64,000 nucleotides of DNA. It comes from Rebecca billardiae RCC1528. Taxonomy: Eukaryota > Protista > Haptophyta. Positions 10,782-22,719 of the stretch are shown here, in pieces. The position numbers and the translations under genes were made by a program. Location of the stretch: NCBI GenBank assembly GCA_965240325.2, contig OZ251222.1, positions 3,348,001 through 3,412,000 of the forward strand, written 5' to 3'. Every line of letters starts with the position of its first letter. Position 1 is the first letter of the stretch. A model generated the notes under the pieces. It did not search any database. It worked only from the letters and a program-made list of their open reading frames with translations, and had not been told where the DNA came from.

Positions 10782-13700
10782 TCAGACCATCGCCTTGAAG
10801 GCGTGGCTCGCGCGCCGCCGCGGGTTGAAGAGTTGGCGTCGCTTCGCGCCCTGCGCCGTCTCGGCGTTGGCTGCCTTGCCCTGCGGGGCGGGGTTCTCCT
10901 TGTCCGAGGCGATGCGCGCATCCGCCGCGCCCGTGCCGCGGGTCACCGACGACGCCCGGCGCGTGCGGCCTGCCGCGACCACCTCGAGCGGCGGGCCGGC
11001 GGTCAGCTCATCCGGTGGCGGCGGCCGCGAGCTGCGGCGCTGCTTGCCGCCGCCGCGCGCGCGCGCGCTCACATCCTCGCCCTTCGGAGCCTCTGCCTCT
11101 TCGCGCGCCTCCTCGTCCTGCTCGGGCGTGAAGCTGCGCTTGCTCGCACGCCGAGAGGGGCGGCCTGCCGCCGGCCCACTGCTCCGCGGCTGAAGCGGCT
11201 GCGCCGGCGGCGCGTGGGCAGCGCCGGCGTCCCTCGCTGCGTCCTGACCAGCAGTGGGACTCCCCGCCTCGACCGCCCTCGACTCCTCCGCGCGCTCCCC
11301 AGCGGTTTCGGCGCGCGCGTCTGCGAGCGCGTTGCGCTTCCGAGCGCCGGCCCGTGGGGCGCTCGCGCGCCCGCTGTGCGCGTCGTCGTCGGCGGCACCA
11401 TCCGTCGCGCCGGCGGCCTCGGCCTGGTGGCGGCCACTCTTGCGTGCGCCCGGCGGCGAGCCCGAGGTGCGCTCGGACTTGGAGCCGCTCCGCGCGCGCG
11501 GCGCGGCAGCGGAGGGCCGAGCGGGGTCGGGCGCCACCCGTGCTGCCTCGGCGGCCGCGCGCCCGGCCACGCCGTGCTTGATGGTGCCCAGCGTCGCCGC
11601 CACGTGCGCGTCCTGCTCGTCGTGCGCGATGCCGAGCACGGCGCTCACGCCCGCCGAGTCGAAGGGCGAGCGCGCGGCCGCACCCTCCACAGGCGATGGC
11701 GAGGCGGGCTGCGCCAGCGCCGCCGCCGGCTCGGGCGCGCGCGCGGCGGGCGGCGCGGAGCGGGAGTGCGGCTGCGCCGGCTCGGCAGCCGCCCCGCCGG
11801 GCGGCAGCTGGGCTGAGAGCACGCGCGCGCTCGCCGCGATCCCGCGCAGCCGCGTCTGCAGCGCAGGCAGCGCGCGCGCCTCGGCCACGCACGCGTCCAG
11901 CTGCGCGAGCGCGGCGTGGCCATGCTGCAGCCGCCCCTCGAGGGCGCCCAGCCGTCGGCGCAGCGTGCCCTCGGCGACAGTGCGCGCGTCGAGCGCGTCG
12001 CGAGCGTCCTGCGCGTCACGCTGCGCGCGCTCTGCCGCCTCGCGCGCCTTGGCCACCTCCGCCTGGCTCGCGCTGAGCTCCGCGCTCAGCTTGGCGCGCT
12101 CGCGCTTGCCCGCCTTGGCCGCGTCCTGCGCGTCACGCTGCGCGCGCTCTGCCGCCTCGCGCGCCTTGGCCACCTCCGCCTGGCTCGCGCTCAGCTCCGC
12201 GCTCAGCTTGGCGCGCTCGCGCTCGCCCGCCTTGGCCGCCTCCTCGCCCGCCTGCTGCCGCCCGCCGAGCTCCGCCTCGAGCTGGCGCGCGCGCCCGAGC
12301 GCCGTCTCGAGCGCGGACCGGTCCGCCTGCGCGGCGTGGCGCGCGGCGCGTGGCGGCGTGGAGACGCGACTCAGCGCCCGCGCGGTCGGCGGCGCGGTCG
12401 CGCGCGACAAAAGGGTCGCGGACCGCGCGGCGAGGCGCGCGCGCACCTGCCAGCCGCCCAGAGCCGCCTCGAGCGCCGCCCCGTCCTCGGCGTGGCGCGC
12501 ATGCGCGGCGGAGAGCTGTGCGCGCACGCCCTGCAGCGCGCGACACTTGCCCAGCGCGTCGTCCAGACGGTCCTGCGCGGGCAGCCCGCGCGCGCGCGCG
12601 GCCGGCGCGTGCGCGTGAGCGCAAGTGCGCGCGGGCGCGCTGCGCGCGCGGCGCGCGTGGGCGGATCGCACCTGCAGCCGCTCTGCGTCCTCCAGCATCG
12701 AGCACTGCTCGACGCGCGCGGCGTGCAGCTCGCCCTCGCGCGCGCGGAGCTGCAGCTCGAGCCGCGCGTGGCGGTACCGCCCCTCCGCCACGTCGACCGC
12801 GCGCAGGTGGTGCACCTCGGACAGCCGCTGACCCAGACGCTCCTGGTCGCGCCGACGCGCGCCGTCCAGCGCCTCGAGCCGAGCGCGCAGCGCCGAGGCC
12901 TCGGCCTCGCTGCGCTCCGCGCTTGACTGCGCGGCGAGGCGGGACGCGGCAACGCAGCGCGCGGCGAGGGCGCGGGGGGTGGGGTGAGGGGTCGAGCGCA
13001 CGCGTGAGCACGCGCGCTGCGTCCGCGCGCGCGCCCGGCCGCAGCGCGCGCGCGGACACGGAAGGTGCGCGGACACGCGCGCGGCCGCGCACCTTCTCGA
13101 TGAGCGCAATCTCGAGATCGCGCTGCCGCAGCTTGGCCTTGAGCGACTCGACCTCGGTGCGCAGCTGCGCGAGCATGCCGGACTCGTCGACGTCCTCGTT
13201 GACGACCGGCGCGGCGTGCGCGCGGATCGCGCGCGCGCGCGCGGCGAAGTGCACCGCCATGAGCGTCTGCCGGTGGCACGCGCCGAACGGCAGCACGGTC
13301 GTGAGCATCAGCGTCTTCGAGTTGCCGCCGATCGAGTCGGCGAGCAGCCGCGTGAGCTTGTGGTTGCGGTACGGGATGGGCGTGGCGGCGGCGGCGGCGC
13401 GGCCTCCGGCGGCCGCCGCGGTCGAGCGCTTGGACAGCGCCTCGAGCACGTCGCACAGCGCGGTGAGCGACGAGTTGATCGCCTGCGCCTCGGCGCGCAC
13501 CGCGCCCTCCGCGCCCGAGAGCGTGAGGTTCTCCGAGCCGGCGAGGTCGACCAGGTGCAGCTTGCCCAGCCGGCACACGGCCGCGTCCGCCGAGCGCGAC
13601 TCGACGTGCAGCGTGAGCACGGCGTGCGAGCGCGACGAGTGCTCGTTCAGCCGCGTCGCACCGGTCGCGCGCGCCGCCGCGCCGTAGCCGATCAGCTCGT

Positions 13701-14466
13701 GCAGCTCGGCAGCGGAGCGGACGGGCGTGCGCAGCGTCTGTGAGCCCGAGAGGAAGGCGGCGGGCGGGTGGCCGCGCGCGCTGGGCAGCTCGTGGAGCGA
13801 GATGGGCGGCCGGCGGCGGCGCTCCTCCAGCTCGAAGGGCAGCTCGCGCGCGCGGCCGGGCTGGTTCTCCGGGCTGAGCAGGTCCTTGAACTCGTTGTTG
13901 TAGAGCTCGACGTACGTGCACGAGAGGTGGAACTCGGTGTCTGGCCGCGCGCCCACGCCGGCAAAGAGGGCGTCGCACACGCGCGGCACGACGCCCGGCG
14001 CGGAGCGGTCGCCCAGCATTGTGTGCGTCTTGCCCGAGCCCGTCTGCCCGTACGCGAAGATGCACGCGTTGTACCCGTCGAGCGCCGCGTCGACGTACGG
14101 CGCGCAGAGCGCCCACACGTCATCCTGCGACGCCGACGGCGGCAGCACGCGGTCGAAGGTGAAGGCGCGCGGCCCGGCGCCGTCCACGCCCGGCGTGCGC
14201 ATGCCGGATGGCGTGCGCGCACCGCGCGCGCTCGGCGACGCGTGCGGCGTGCGGAGGCCGTTGGCCGCGTGCGAGCGCTGTGGCGTCTCGGCGCGCCGCG
14301 TGGGCGTGGCCGGCGCGTTCGCCGACGCCGCCGCGCCGGCCGGGCGCACCGTGAGCTGGCGCTCGCCGTCAAGGGTGAGGCATGGCTCTGCCTCCGCCCG
14401 AGCGTCGCCAATGGCAGGGCGGACGCGGACGACGCAGCGGATGCGATCGCCGGCGTGAGCGCTCAT
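10782..14466 (-). CDS. Kinesin motor protein (N-terminal motor, coiled coil, disordered tail); exons 14466-13093, 12926-12672, 12572-12447, 12326-10782
   Basis: GQTGSGKT P-loop, SSRSHAV and LVDLAGSE motifs. GTGCG...CAG introns of 166, 99 and 120 bp join the two ORF-track frames. A 117-bp in-frame duplication lies at 12004-12237. Confidence 0.9.
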
Positions 14467-14692
14467 CGCCAGGGCTTCCCCGGCGAGGGAGGTGTGCAGG
14501 CGTCCGCCAGCGCGGCTCCCGACCTGGATCGAACATCAGGGCCATTCAAATCGGGTTGACGGCTCAATTCGCATGGCAGTAGGCAGTTTGTTTGCTGATC
14601 AAGAGTGCTTCCGGACCAGGGCCGGGCCATGGAGTCCGGGACCGTACCGGACGCACGGGCCTCGTAGTGGCAGGGCGTCACTGCATCGCGCT

Positions 14693-17600
14693 ATGCCCCG
14701 TGACGTGCGCCTGCCCGGCAAGCCCAAGCGCAAGGCGCCGCAGCTCGTCGCGATCCCGGCGGAGTTCGCGGCGTCGCTCGCGGCGCTTGAGGAGAGCCCC
14801 GTCGTGAGCACGGCGCGCTCGCTCGTGGAGGCGCGCTCGCTCGAGCTCCAGGCGAACGCGCTGCGCCGGCTAGTGGGCACGCTCGCGCGCGCCGAGCAGC
14901 GCTCGACGGACGAGCTCGTCGAGGTGGCGCGCGCGCTCGCGGGCCTCATCTTCGTCCCGCAGCCCCCCGCCTTCCACACCCACCTGCTCGGCGCGCTCGG
15001 CTGCGTCCGCGAGCCGCGTGCGAGCGCGGCGGTGCGCGAGGTGCTGCGCGCGCGCCTCGAGACCGTGCTGCTCGCGCACGACACGCTCGCGCCGGAAGGG
15101 TGGCCGCTGCGCGGCTGCTTGCGCGTGGAGTACATGCCGGGCTGGCTCGACTCCGTCCTGCACACGCCCGCCTGCTGCGAGCTGCTCGTGCCCTCCGCCC
15201 CGCGGCTGCTCGGCATCCTCGCGCGGACCGCGCGCGAGATGGCCGCAGCGCTCGGCGTGCGCGCGCCCGGCGCGGGCGCGCGCGGCGAGGACGCGGCGCG
15301 GCGGCCGGTGGCGATCGACGTGCTGCGCGTGCCGCCACTCACCGACCTGTTCAAGCAGTGCACCATCGTCCTGCGCCAGGCGCTCCCCCCGCCGCCCGCG
15401 GCGGACGCGGACGGTCCGTTGCGCGCCGCCCTGGGCACGCTGCTCAGCGCGGCGCTTCCGGTGCTCGAGGCGTCCGAGCTGCCGGCGGACGCGCGGCGCG
15501 GCGCGGCGATGGTCGCGGCGATGTGCGCGACCATCTCGCGCAGCGCGCACGACGGCGCGCGCGAGCTCGCCGCCCTGCTGCGCGCCGCGCGCGCGCGCGC
15601 GCCGCCCGCGGGCGGCGCGCCGGTCGATCCTTCCGAGGTGCTTCTGCTGCGGCTGAGCGCGGCGTGTGCGCCGCTCAGCCTGCTGCTCACGCCGTGCGCG
15701 GGCGCGGCGGGCGGCGCGGGGTGCGAGGCGCGCGCGCCGCTGCTCTTCGCCACGCTCCTCCCGCGCCTCTGCCTCGCGCTCGGCGGCAAGCCGGACACGC
15801 CCAGCCGGATGAACGCGCTCGAGGGGCTGGTGAGTGCGCTCGAGCACGCGCGCGCGGCGCTGCGGCTGCCGAGCGTGCGGCGCGCGCACGCGGCGGCCGT
15901 GCGCGAGGCGTGCGACGCGGTGATGGAGGCGGCGTGGATGCAGTGGGAGGGCTCGGCGAACGCGCTCGCCGCCCTCTTCAACGCCGCCTTCCGCGCCGCG
16001 CTCGCGCTGCGCTCGAGCAGCGAGCTGCTCGAGCGCGCGCCCGCGGGCGCGATGAGCGCGCCGCTGGCCGCGGTGATCGCGCGCGCGCGCACGCTCGACT
16101 GGACGCGCGCGGCGAAGCTGCGCGCGCTGCAGTGCGCGCTGCCGCTGCTCTCGCTCGCGCAGCTCCGCGCGGCGTGGCCCGAGCTGCCCTCCGAGCTCTT
16201 CCACGCCGTCGCCGTCACGCAGGTGCGCGGGATGGCGCGCGAGGCGCTGGACTCGTTGCTGAGCGCGGGCAAGGCGCACGCGCGCGCGCGCGCGGCGCTC
16301 AGCGTCGCGCGCGCGCCGGGCGGCGCGCCGACGTGCCGGCTGCGCGTGTGCGCCGTGCCCGCGGCCGACGACGCCGCCGAGCTCCTCGCCGCGTGGCTCG
16401 TCCCGCCGCTCGCGCGCACCGCCGCCTCCCCGGACGAGGCGGTCCGGGAGGGCGTCGGTACTTACGTGCTACCCACATTACTCGGCGAGCTGCCGTGGAT
16501 GCTGCCCCGGCTGCTCGAGGCGGCGACCGCCGGGCTCGGCGCCGAGCGCGGCGCGGCGGGCGGCGGCGACGCGGCCGGCGCCGCCGCCGCGCCGTCGGGC
16601 GCGACGCTGTGCAGCGTCATCCTCCTGCTGCGCGCCGCGCGCGCGCACGGCCTCGCGACGCTTGGTATGGACGGCGACGCGGGCGGCGGCGGCGACGCGG
16701 CCGGCGGCGGCGACGAGCGCGGCGGCGTGCGCGAGTGGCGGCGGAGCGACAGCGGCGGCGAGAGCGCGCGCGCGGTGCAGCTCGTCGGCGCGGGCTCCGC
16801 CGTGCCCCCGTCCCTCCTCCACGCCGCCGCGTGCGCCGCCGACGACGGCCTCGCTCTGGACACGCTCGAGCTCGCGTGCTGTTCGCGCTCGTACACCGAG
16901 CCGGTGAGCGCGCTGGAGCTGGCGCTGGCGCGCGCGGCGCTGAGCGTGCAGCTGTGCGGGCACGCGGGCAGGCGCGCGCGCGACCGGTGCACCGCGTCGC
17001 TCCGCCGGCTGCTCGCGCGCTGCTTCTCGTGCACCTACCTGAGCGCGGGCACGCGCCGCCACCTCGCGGAGGCGAGCGCGCTCCGAGCGCGCGCCGGGCC
17101 GGTCGGCGCCGAGCTGCCCGCGCGCTGCGTCACGGCGGAGGCGAGGGCGCGCGCGGCGGAGCGGATCGCGCCGTTCCTCGCGTGGCTCGGCTCGACGCTC
17201 GGCGCCTCGCTCTACCCGGGCGCGCCGAGCGCCCGGCTGATCATGGCCCTCGAGCTGAGCGCGGAGCTGGTGGAAGGATGGGCCTTCCCCGCGCACGCGC
17301 CGCCTGTCTCGGACGCGCGCGAGAGCGCGGGCACGCTCGCCGCGCGCGCGGCGGCGGCGGGCAAGCCGGCGGCGGCGGCGGTGCGCGAGGCCGCGCTGCC
17401 GCCGGGCGCGCGCGCCCGCGTGCCCGGCCGCGGCGGCGCGCCCGCCGCCGCGGCCGACGCGCCGGACGGCGGCGGCGCGCACGGCGGCGCGGAGACGCCT
17501 TGGCCGCCCTCGCTCGCGTTTGGACACCTGCGCGCGCCGCTCGTCCCCGAGGCGACGGTGCGCGCGCTGGTGAGCCTGCTCATCGGCGACTGGCACACGG

Positions 17601-20600
17601 TGCGCCGCAGCGCGAGCCTGCTGCTCCTCAAGCTGCCCACGCCGCTGCCCGGCCTCGAGGCGAGGGCGGCCGTGCACGCGGAGGCGGCGCGCGCGCTCGC
17701 GCTCGCCGCCGCGCCGCGCGTGCGCGAGAGCGCGGCGGGCGCGGCGCTGGTGCAGCTGCTGTTCGCCAAGTACTCGCTCGGGCTCGGCTGGCGGATCAGG
17801 CCGGAGGCGACGTCGGCAGCGGCGGCGCCCGCCGGCGCGGCCGACGCGGCCGAGTCGTCCACAGCCGCCGAGCCCACCGCCGCGAGCGGCGCCGCAGCCG
17901 ACGAGGCATCCATCGCCGACGCTGCCGTGGCGCACGTCGAGGCGCTCGTGTGCGCGCTGGCGGCGCGCATGCGCGCCTTCCCGATCTCGGCCGCGCGCCC
18001 CACGCCGCACGCCGCGCTGCACGGCACGCTCGAGGCGCTCGGCCTCGCGCTCGGCGCCCTCGCCCAGCCCGAGCACGGCGGAGTGCTGTGGCGCAGCCGG
18101 CCGCGCGCGCGGCTGCGCGCCGCGCTGGCGGAGATGGCCGCCCTGTGCGCGCAAGCGACGCACGCGGTGCTCGCCATCATCTCGGACCCGTCGCCCGAGG
18201 GCTTCCGCGCCGTCGACCCCGGCGCCGGCGCGGCGGCGGCCGCGGCGGCGCACGCGCACGAGCCGAGCGCGCCGCCGGGCGCGGGCGGCGCGGCGGGCGC
18301 GGCCGGTCCCGCCCCCGTGGCTGTGTGGGACATGGGCGGCGGCTCAGTGCCCGACCTGTGGCGCTCGGAGGAGGCGGACGCGCCGGGCGTGGGCGGCGGG
18401 GCGGGCGGCGCGGGCGGCGCCGCGCTCGCCCGCTCGGGCAAGCTGCTCGTCGTCCTCTGCTGGCTCACGATGAAGGAGGTCTCCGCCTCGCTCGCCGCCC
18501 TCGCCGCGCTCGTCGTGAGCGACACGCGGCGCGCGCTCGAGCGCGCGGGCGTGCAGCCGGGGGAGCAGGGGGGCGAGGAGGCGGAGGAGGCGGAGGAGGG
18601 GGCGGAGGGGGCGGACGCCGACGCGGGCGCGGAGTGCGTGGGCGCCCTCGACGCGGCGCGCCGCCCGCTGATGCCCTCGGCGCAGCTCGCGCGCTGCGGC
18701 TGGCTCCTCGTGCGGCTGCTGCTCACGACGCGCCACAGCGGCGCCATCGAGAAAGCTTCGGTCGGCTTCACCGCGATGTGCGCCGCGCTGCTCGAGGCGC
18801 GCTCGCCCCGGCTGCGCGGCCTCCCCGCCGAGTGGCTCGGCGCCCTGCTCCGCGGCGCGCGCGCGGGCGGCCTCACCGTGCTCCGGCGCAGCGCGGGCCT
18901 GCCGTTCGCCATGCTCTCCGTGCTGCACGCGGACGCGAGCGCGCGCGCCGGCAGCTCGGTCGCTAAGGCGGGCTCCGCCTCGTTGCTGCACGGCACCGCG
19001 CAGGAGCTGCTGCGCATGGCGAGCGCGCCCGACGACGGCGCGCCCGCCGAGGACGCGGGCGAGCACGCCCACGCCCACGAGCACGAGCACGCCCACGACC
19101 ACGACCACGCCGACGCCGACGCCGACGACGACGCGCGCAGCGGGCGCGGCGCCGAGCGCGGCAGCGCGTGGGTGTCGCGCGTGCACGCGCTCAACTTGCT
19201 GCGCCATCTCTTCGCCGACCGCTGCTTCGTCGCGCCGATGGCGCCGCTGATCGGCCACGCGTTCGCCCTCGCGTTCGACGCGCTCGGGAGCCGCAGGTGG
19301 GACGTGCGCAACGGCGGCACCCAGCTCATCGCCGCGCTGCTCGCGCGCGCGGTCCGTCAGCGCCGCGTGCGCGCCGACGAGGCGGTGTGCAACGGCATCT
19401 CGGCGCGCGAACTCTTTGCGCGCGCGCCCTCGCTGCACGTGCGGCTGCTGCACGTGCTGCGCGCGCGCGCGCCGCTGCCGCGCACGGCGGCAGCGCACGC
19501 CGGCGCGCACGCCGCGCCGCCACCCCCGCGCGCGGTCGACACCTCGCTCTACGCCGCGCTGCTCCTCCTCTCGCGGCTGACGCCGCCGCCGCTGCACGAG
19601 CTCGTGCAAGCGGAAGCGGCCGCGCGCGCGGACGGCGGTGGCGCCGGCCTCGCGAACGCCGAGCCGCCGCCCGCCGACGACGGCGCGGAGCACGCGGCGG
19701 CGGGCGGCGCGGCGGAGGGCGCCGCGCCGCAGTTCCCGCTCGCGCCGCTCACGCCGCACGTCGTGGCCGCGTGCGTGCTCCAGCCGTCGTTCCGAGGGCG
19801 AGAGGTCGCGGCGCGCGCGCTGCCGCCGCTCCTCTCAGCCTCTGAGCTGCTGGCACACGCCGTCCGGCTGAGCGCGGCCATGCCCGCGTGCGCGCGCGAC
19901 GAGGCGCGGTGCGCGCACAACGCGTGGCACGGCCGCTGGCTGCAGCTGCGCTCGCTGCTCGGCGCGGCGCGCGTGGCGGCGCCCGCCGCCGCGTCGGCGC
20001 TCGTGTGCCGCCGCGTGCTCGCGCAGCTGATCGTGCTCGGCGGCGGCACGCCCGCGCACGGCGCGCCCGCGCACCGACTGCACGCGCTCTCGCCGCGCAG
20101 CGCGTGCGCGATGACGCGCGCGCTCGCCGCCGCGGTCCTGAGCGCAGCCCTGACGGGCGCGGGCGTGCTGCCCTCCGACTGGCGAGCCTTCGCCGCGGCG
20201 GGCGGCGCGGCCGCGGCCGAGCGCGCGGAGGAGGACGGCGGCGCGTACTCGCGCGCGCTGTGCCGCGCGCTGCTCGCGCTCCTCGCGCCGTACGGCTCGC
20301 TCGACGCGGCCGAAGCACACGCGCACGCACACGCACACGCCGAGGCGCACGCCAGCGTCTCGGCAGCCGAGTCGCGCGCTGCCGCCCGCGCGCTGCTGCT
20401 GCAGGGCTCGCGGGCGCTGGGCGGGTGCGAGGCGCTCGCGGCCGCGCTCGAGCTGCGCGCCGCGCTGCTGCTCCGCGCGGGCGCAGCCGACCGGCCACTC
20501 GACATCGCGCCGCCGCCGGCCGCGCGTCCGGCCGACGTCGCCCTCGCCGCGATGCTGAGCAGCCCGATCGACGACGTGCGCGTGCGCGCGCTCGCCCTGC

Positions 20601-22264
20601 TGCACGCGTGCACGGGCGCGCGCGGCAACGTGGGCGGCGGCGCGGCGGCCGACGACGCCGACGAGGTCGACAGCGCGCTGCTCGCCGCGCCGGTGCGCAC
20701 GGACGAGGCGTGCGCGGTCGAGCTGCGCGGCGGCGCGCTCAACGCCGCGCTGCTGCGCCTCGCCGCCACCGAGCGCGCGCCCCTCGTCGCGCACTCGCTG
20801 CTGCAGCTGCTCGCGCGATGCGCGCCGCTGCTGTGCGCAGCCGGCGCGGACGTGGCGGCCGGCGCGCCGCGCGCACAGCTGCTACTCACGCTGCGCGCGT
20901 GCAGCACGCGCTGGCTCGGCGACTCGCGCGACAGCGCGGCGCACGCGCCCGCCCTCCTGCTCGGCGCGCACCTGCACGAGGCGGCCGCGCACGCCGAGCC
21001 GACGGCAGCGACGGGGGCGGGGCCCTCGCGCGGAGGCGCGGCGACGGGCGCGGCGGCGGGCGCGGCAGCGGGCGTGGGCGCAGAGGCGGAGGCGTGGCTC
21101 GTGCACGTGCGCCGATGCGCGCACCCGGCACAGCCACTCCGGCTGCGCACTGCGGCGCACGCGTGCCTGCTCCACGCGCCCTCGCTGCTGCGCGCGCCGG
21201 CCGCGGCCGACGGCGGCGCGTCCGGCTCGCAGCCCGCCGTGCGCCTCAGCCTGAGCGCTCGGCTCTGGCTGGTGGCGGTGGCGGGCGCGCAGGACGACGA
21301 CCAGATTGTGCGCGAGATCGCGACGCGATCGCTCAGCGCGGCCCTGCACGGCGCGGGCGAGCATGCGCCGCCCGCCGCCGCCGCCGAGCCCCCTGCGGCG
21401 ATGCCTCTCGTCACGCAGCGCGCGCTGCACCGCCTGTGCGCTGCTCTCGCGCCCACGCGCGCCGGGCTCGCCGCGCTCACGCACGCGCTCGTCGCGGGCC
21501 CGGCGTCCGCGGCGTGCGGCGAGGGTGCAGAGCGCACGGTAGGCGCGGAGGCGCCCGCGGCCGTCGATGAGCTGGCGCGCGCGGTCGCGGCCATCCGCGC
21601 CTGCCTCGCCGAGGTCACGGCGGCGGTGCGCACGCTCGACGGCGCGCGCGCGGCGACGGAGGCGGAGGCGGAGGAGATGGGCGAGGCCGACGGCAGCGCC
21701 GAGCCGTTCGAGCTCTTCGAGCGCGAGGATGCCAACCTCTTCGTCGACGCGCTGTGGCACGCGCAGCTGTGCGCGTGCGCGCTGCAGGGGCAGCTGCGCA
21801 GCGCGCGCGCGCTCGTCGGCGCGGCCGCTCGCGAGGGCGCGCGCGAGCTGGCAGCCGCTGTGCGCGAGGGCGTGGGGTGTGTGCTGCTCGAGCTCGCGCA
21901 CGCCGACGCGGGGCTCGTCGCGCGCGCCGGGTGGGACCCCGCCGTCCTCTCGCCGCTGTGCCGCGCGCTGCTCGCGCTGCACGCGCTGGCACCTCTGCTG
22001 CCCCGCGCTGAGCTGCGCATACCTCTGCCCCCGGCCGCGGAGGGCGGGCGGGACGCGGCATCGATCGCCGCCGCGCTGACCCAGCCGACGCTCAGCCGGC
22101 TCCTCGAGCCGCTGGTACGGGCTGGTGGCATCCACGCCGCCGCTCCCGACGAGCAGCCGCCCCTGGACGGTGGCGGTGGCGATGGAGTGGCGCACGGCCC
22201 GAGTGAGGCATCGTACTTGTCGGCGGAGGCGCTGGCTGACGCGGTGGCACTTGTTGGCTGGTAG
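14693..22264 (+). CDS. THADA: THADA/Trm732-like ARM-repeat protein (tRNA 2'-O-methylation cofactor, DUF2428)
   Basis: Motifs CWLTMKE, RHSGAIE, RRSAGLP, RVHALNLLRHLF and WDVRNGGTQL. Strong GC3 bias from the ATG at 14693. Confidence 0.88.
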   Translation: MPRDVRLPGKPKRKAPQLVAIPAEFAASLAALEESPVVSTARSLVEARSLELQANALRRLVGTLARAEQRSTDELVEVARALAGLIFVPQPPAFHTHLLGALGCVREPRASAAVREVLRARLETVLLAHDTLAPEGWPLRGCLRVEYMPGWLDSVLHTPACCELLVPSAPRLLGILARTAREMAAALGVRAPGAGARGEDAARRPVAIDVLRVPPLTDLFKQCTIVLRQALPPPPAADADGPLRAALGTLLSAALPVLEASELPADARRGAAMVAAMCATISRSAHDGARELAALLRAARARAPPAGGAPVDPSEVLLLRLSAACAPLSLLLTPCAGAAGGAGCEARAPLLFATLLPRLCLALGGKPDTPSRMNALEGLVSALEHARAALRLPSVRRAHAAAVREACDAVMEAAWMQWEGSANALAALFNAAFRAALALRSSSELLERAPAGAMSAPLAAVIARARTLDWTRAAKLRALQCALPLLSLAQLRAAWPELPSELFHAVAVTQVRGMAREALDSLLSAGKAHARARAALSVARAPGGAPTCRLRVCAVPAADDAAELLAAWLVPPLARTAASPDEAVREGVGTYVLPTLLGELPWMLPRLLEAATAGLGAERGAAGGGDAAGAAAAPSGATLCSVILLLRAARAHGLATLGMDGDAGGGGDAAGGGDERGGVREWRRSDSGGESARAVQLVGAGSAVPPSLLHAAACAADDGLALDTLELACCSRSYTEPVSALELALARAALSVQLCGHAGRRARDRCTASLRRLLARCFSCTYLSAGTRRHLAEASALRARAGPVGAELPARCVTAEARARAAERIAPFLAWLGSTLGASLYPGAPSARLIMALELSAELVEGWAFPAHAPPVSDARESAGTLAARAAAAGKPAAAAVREAALPPGARARVPGRGGAPAAAADAPDGGGAHGGAETPWPPSLAFGHLRAPLVPEATVRALVSLLIGDWHTVRRSASLLLLKLPTPLPGLEARAAVHAEAARALALAAAPRVRESAAGAALVQLLFAKYSLGLGWRIRPEATSAAAAPAGAADAAESSTAAEPTAASGAAADEASIADAAVAHVEALVCALAARMRAFPISAARPTPHAALHGTLEALGLALGALAQPEHGGVLWRSRPRARLRAALAEMAALCAQATHAVLAIISDPSPEGFRAVDPGAGAAAAAAAHAHEPSAPPGAGGAAGAAGPAPVAVWDMGGGSVPDLWRSEEADAPGVGGGAGGAGGAALARSGKLLVVLCWLTMKEVSASLAALAALVVSDTRRALERAGVQPGEQGGEEAEEAEEGAEGADADAGAECVGALDAARRPLMPSAQLARCGWLLVRLLLTTRHSGAIEKASVGFTAMCAALLEARSPRLRGLPAEWLGALLRGARAGGLTVLRRSAGLPFAMLSVLHADASARAGSSVAKAGSASLLHGTAQELLRMASAPDDGAPAEDAGEHAHAHEHEHAHDHDHADADADDDARSGRGAERGSAWVSRVHALNLLRHLFADRCFVAPMAPLIGHAFALAFDALGSRRWDVRNGGTQLIAALLARAVRQRRVRADEAVCNGISARELFARAPSLHVRLLHVLRARAPLPRTAAAHAGAHAAPPPPRAVDTSLYAALLLLSRLTPPPLHELVQAEAAARADGGGAGLANAEPPPADDGAEHAAAGGAAEGAAPQFPLAPLTPHVVAACVLQPSFRGREVAARALPPLLSASELLAHAVRLSAAMPACARDEARCAHNAWHGRWLQLRSLLGAARVAAPAAASALVCRRVLAQLIVLGGGTPAHGAPAHRLHALSPRSACAMTRALAAAVLSAALTGAGVLPSDWRAFAAAGGAAAAERAEEDGGAYSRALCRALLALLAPYGSLDAAEAHAHAHAHAEAHASVSAAESRAAARALLLQGSRALGGCEALAAALELRAALLLRAGAADRPLDIAPPPAARPADVALAAMLSSPIDDVRVRALALLHACTGARGNVGGGAAADDADEVDSALLAAPVRTDEACAVELRGGALNAALLRLAATERAPLVAHSLLQLLARCAPLLCAAGADVAAGAPRAQLLLTLRACSTRWLGDSRDSAAHAPALLLGAHLHEAAAHAEPTAATGAGPSRGGAATGAAAGAAAGVGAEAEAWLVHVRRCAHPAQPLRLRTAAHACLLHAPSLLRAPAAADGGASGSQPAVRLSLSARLWLVAVAGAQDDDQIVREIATRSLSAALHGAGEHAPPAAAAEPPAAMPLVTQRALHRLCAALAPTRAGLAALTHALVAGPASAACGEGAERTVGAEAPAAVDELARAVAAIRACLAEVTAAVRTLDGARAATEAEAEEMGEADGSAEPFELFEREDANLFVDALWHAQLCACALQGQLRSARALVGAAAREGARELAAAVREGVGCVLLELAHADAGLVARAGWDPAVLSPLCRALLALHALAPLLPRAELRIPLPPAAEGGRDAASIAAALTQPTLSRLLEPLVRAGGIHAAAPDEQPPLDGGGGDGVAHGPSEASYLSAEALADAVALVGW

Positions 22265-22719
22265 TGATGGACGACATCATTGACGCTGCAGCACACCGTA
22301 GTCGTGGTTGATGATGATGCCGATGATGACGATCTAATATGAATTGCATGTATGCTGGCGCGACGATGTCCTGCTACTAGCACGGTCTACTCAGGCTGGC
22401 GAGCGTGCTTGGCGCTGATGAGTGCGACTGGCCGACTGCGCTGATGTCGATGATGAGTGATGACGCGATAGATGCGCTATACTGGCATGATGTCGTGTGA
22501 CAGTAGTGAACATGCACTGATGATGCTACAGTAGTGACAACGAGTGACATCAACGACTGCCGCTGACATATATATAGTTATCGATGCTGACGACGAAGAT
22601 CGTCATATCATGACATCAAGCGATGCGTGATGATGATGACGTCGTCACACGCGCGACAATATGATGACGACTACGATCCGGTCACGATTCAAGAGCATCA
22701 GCATCGTAGTCGCCGCCGG

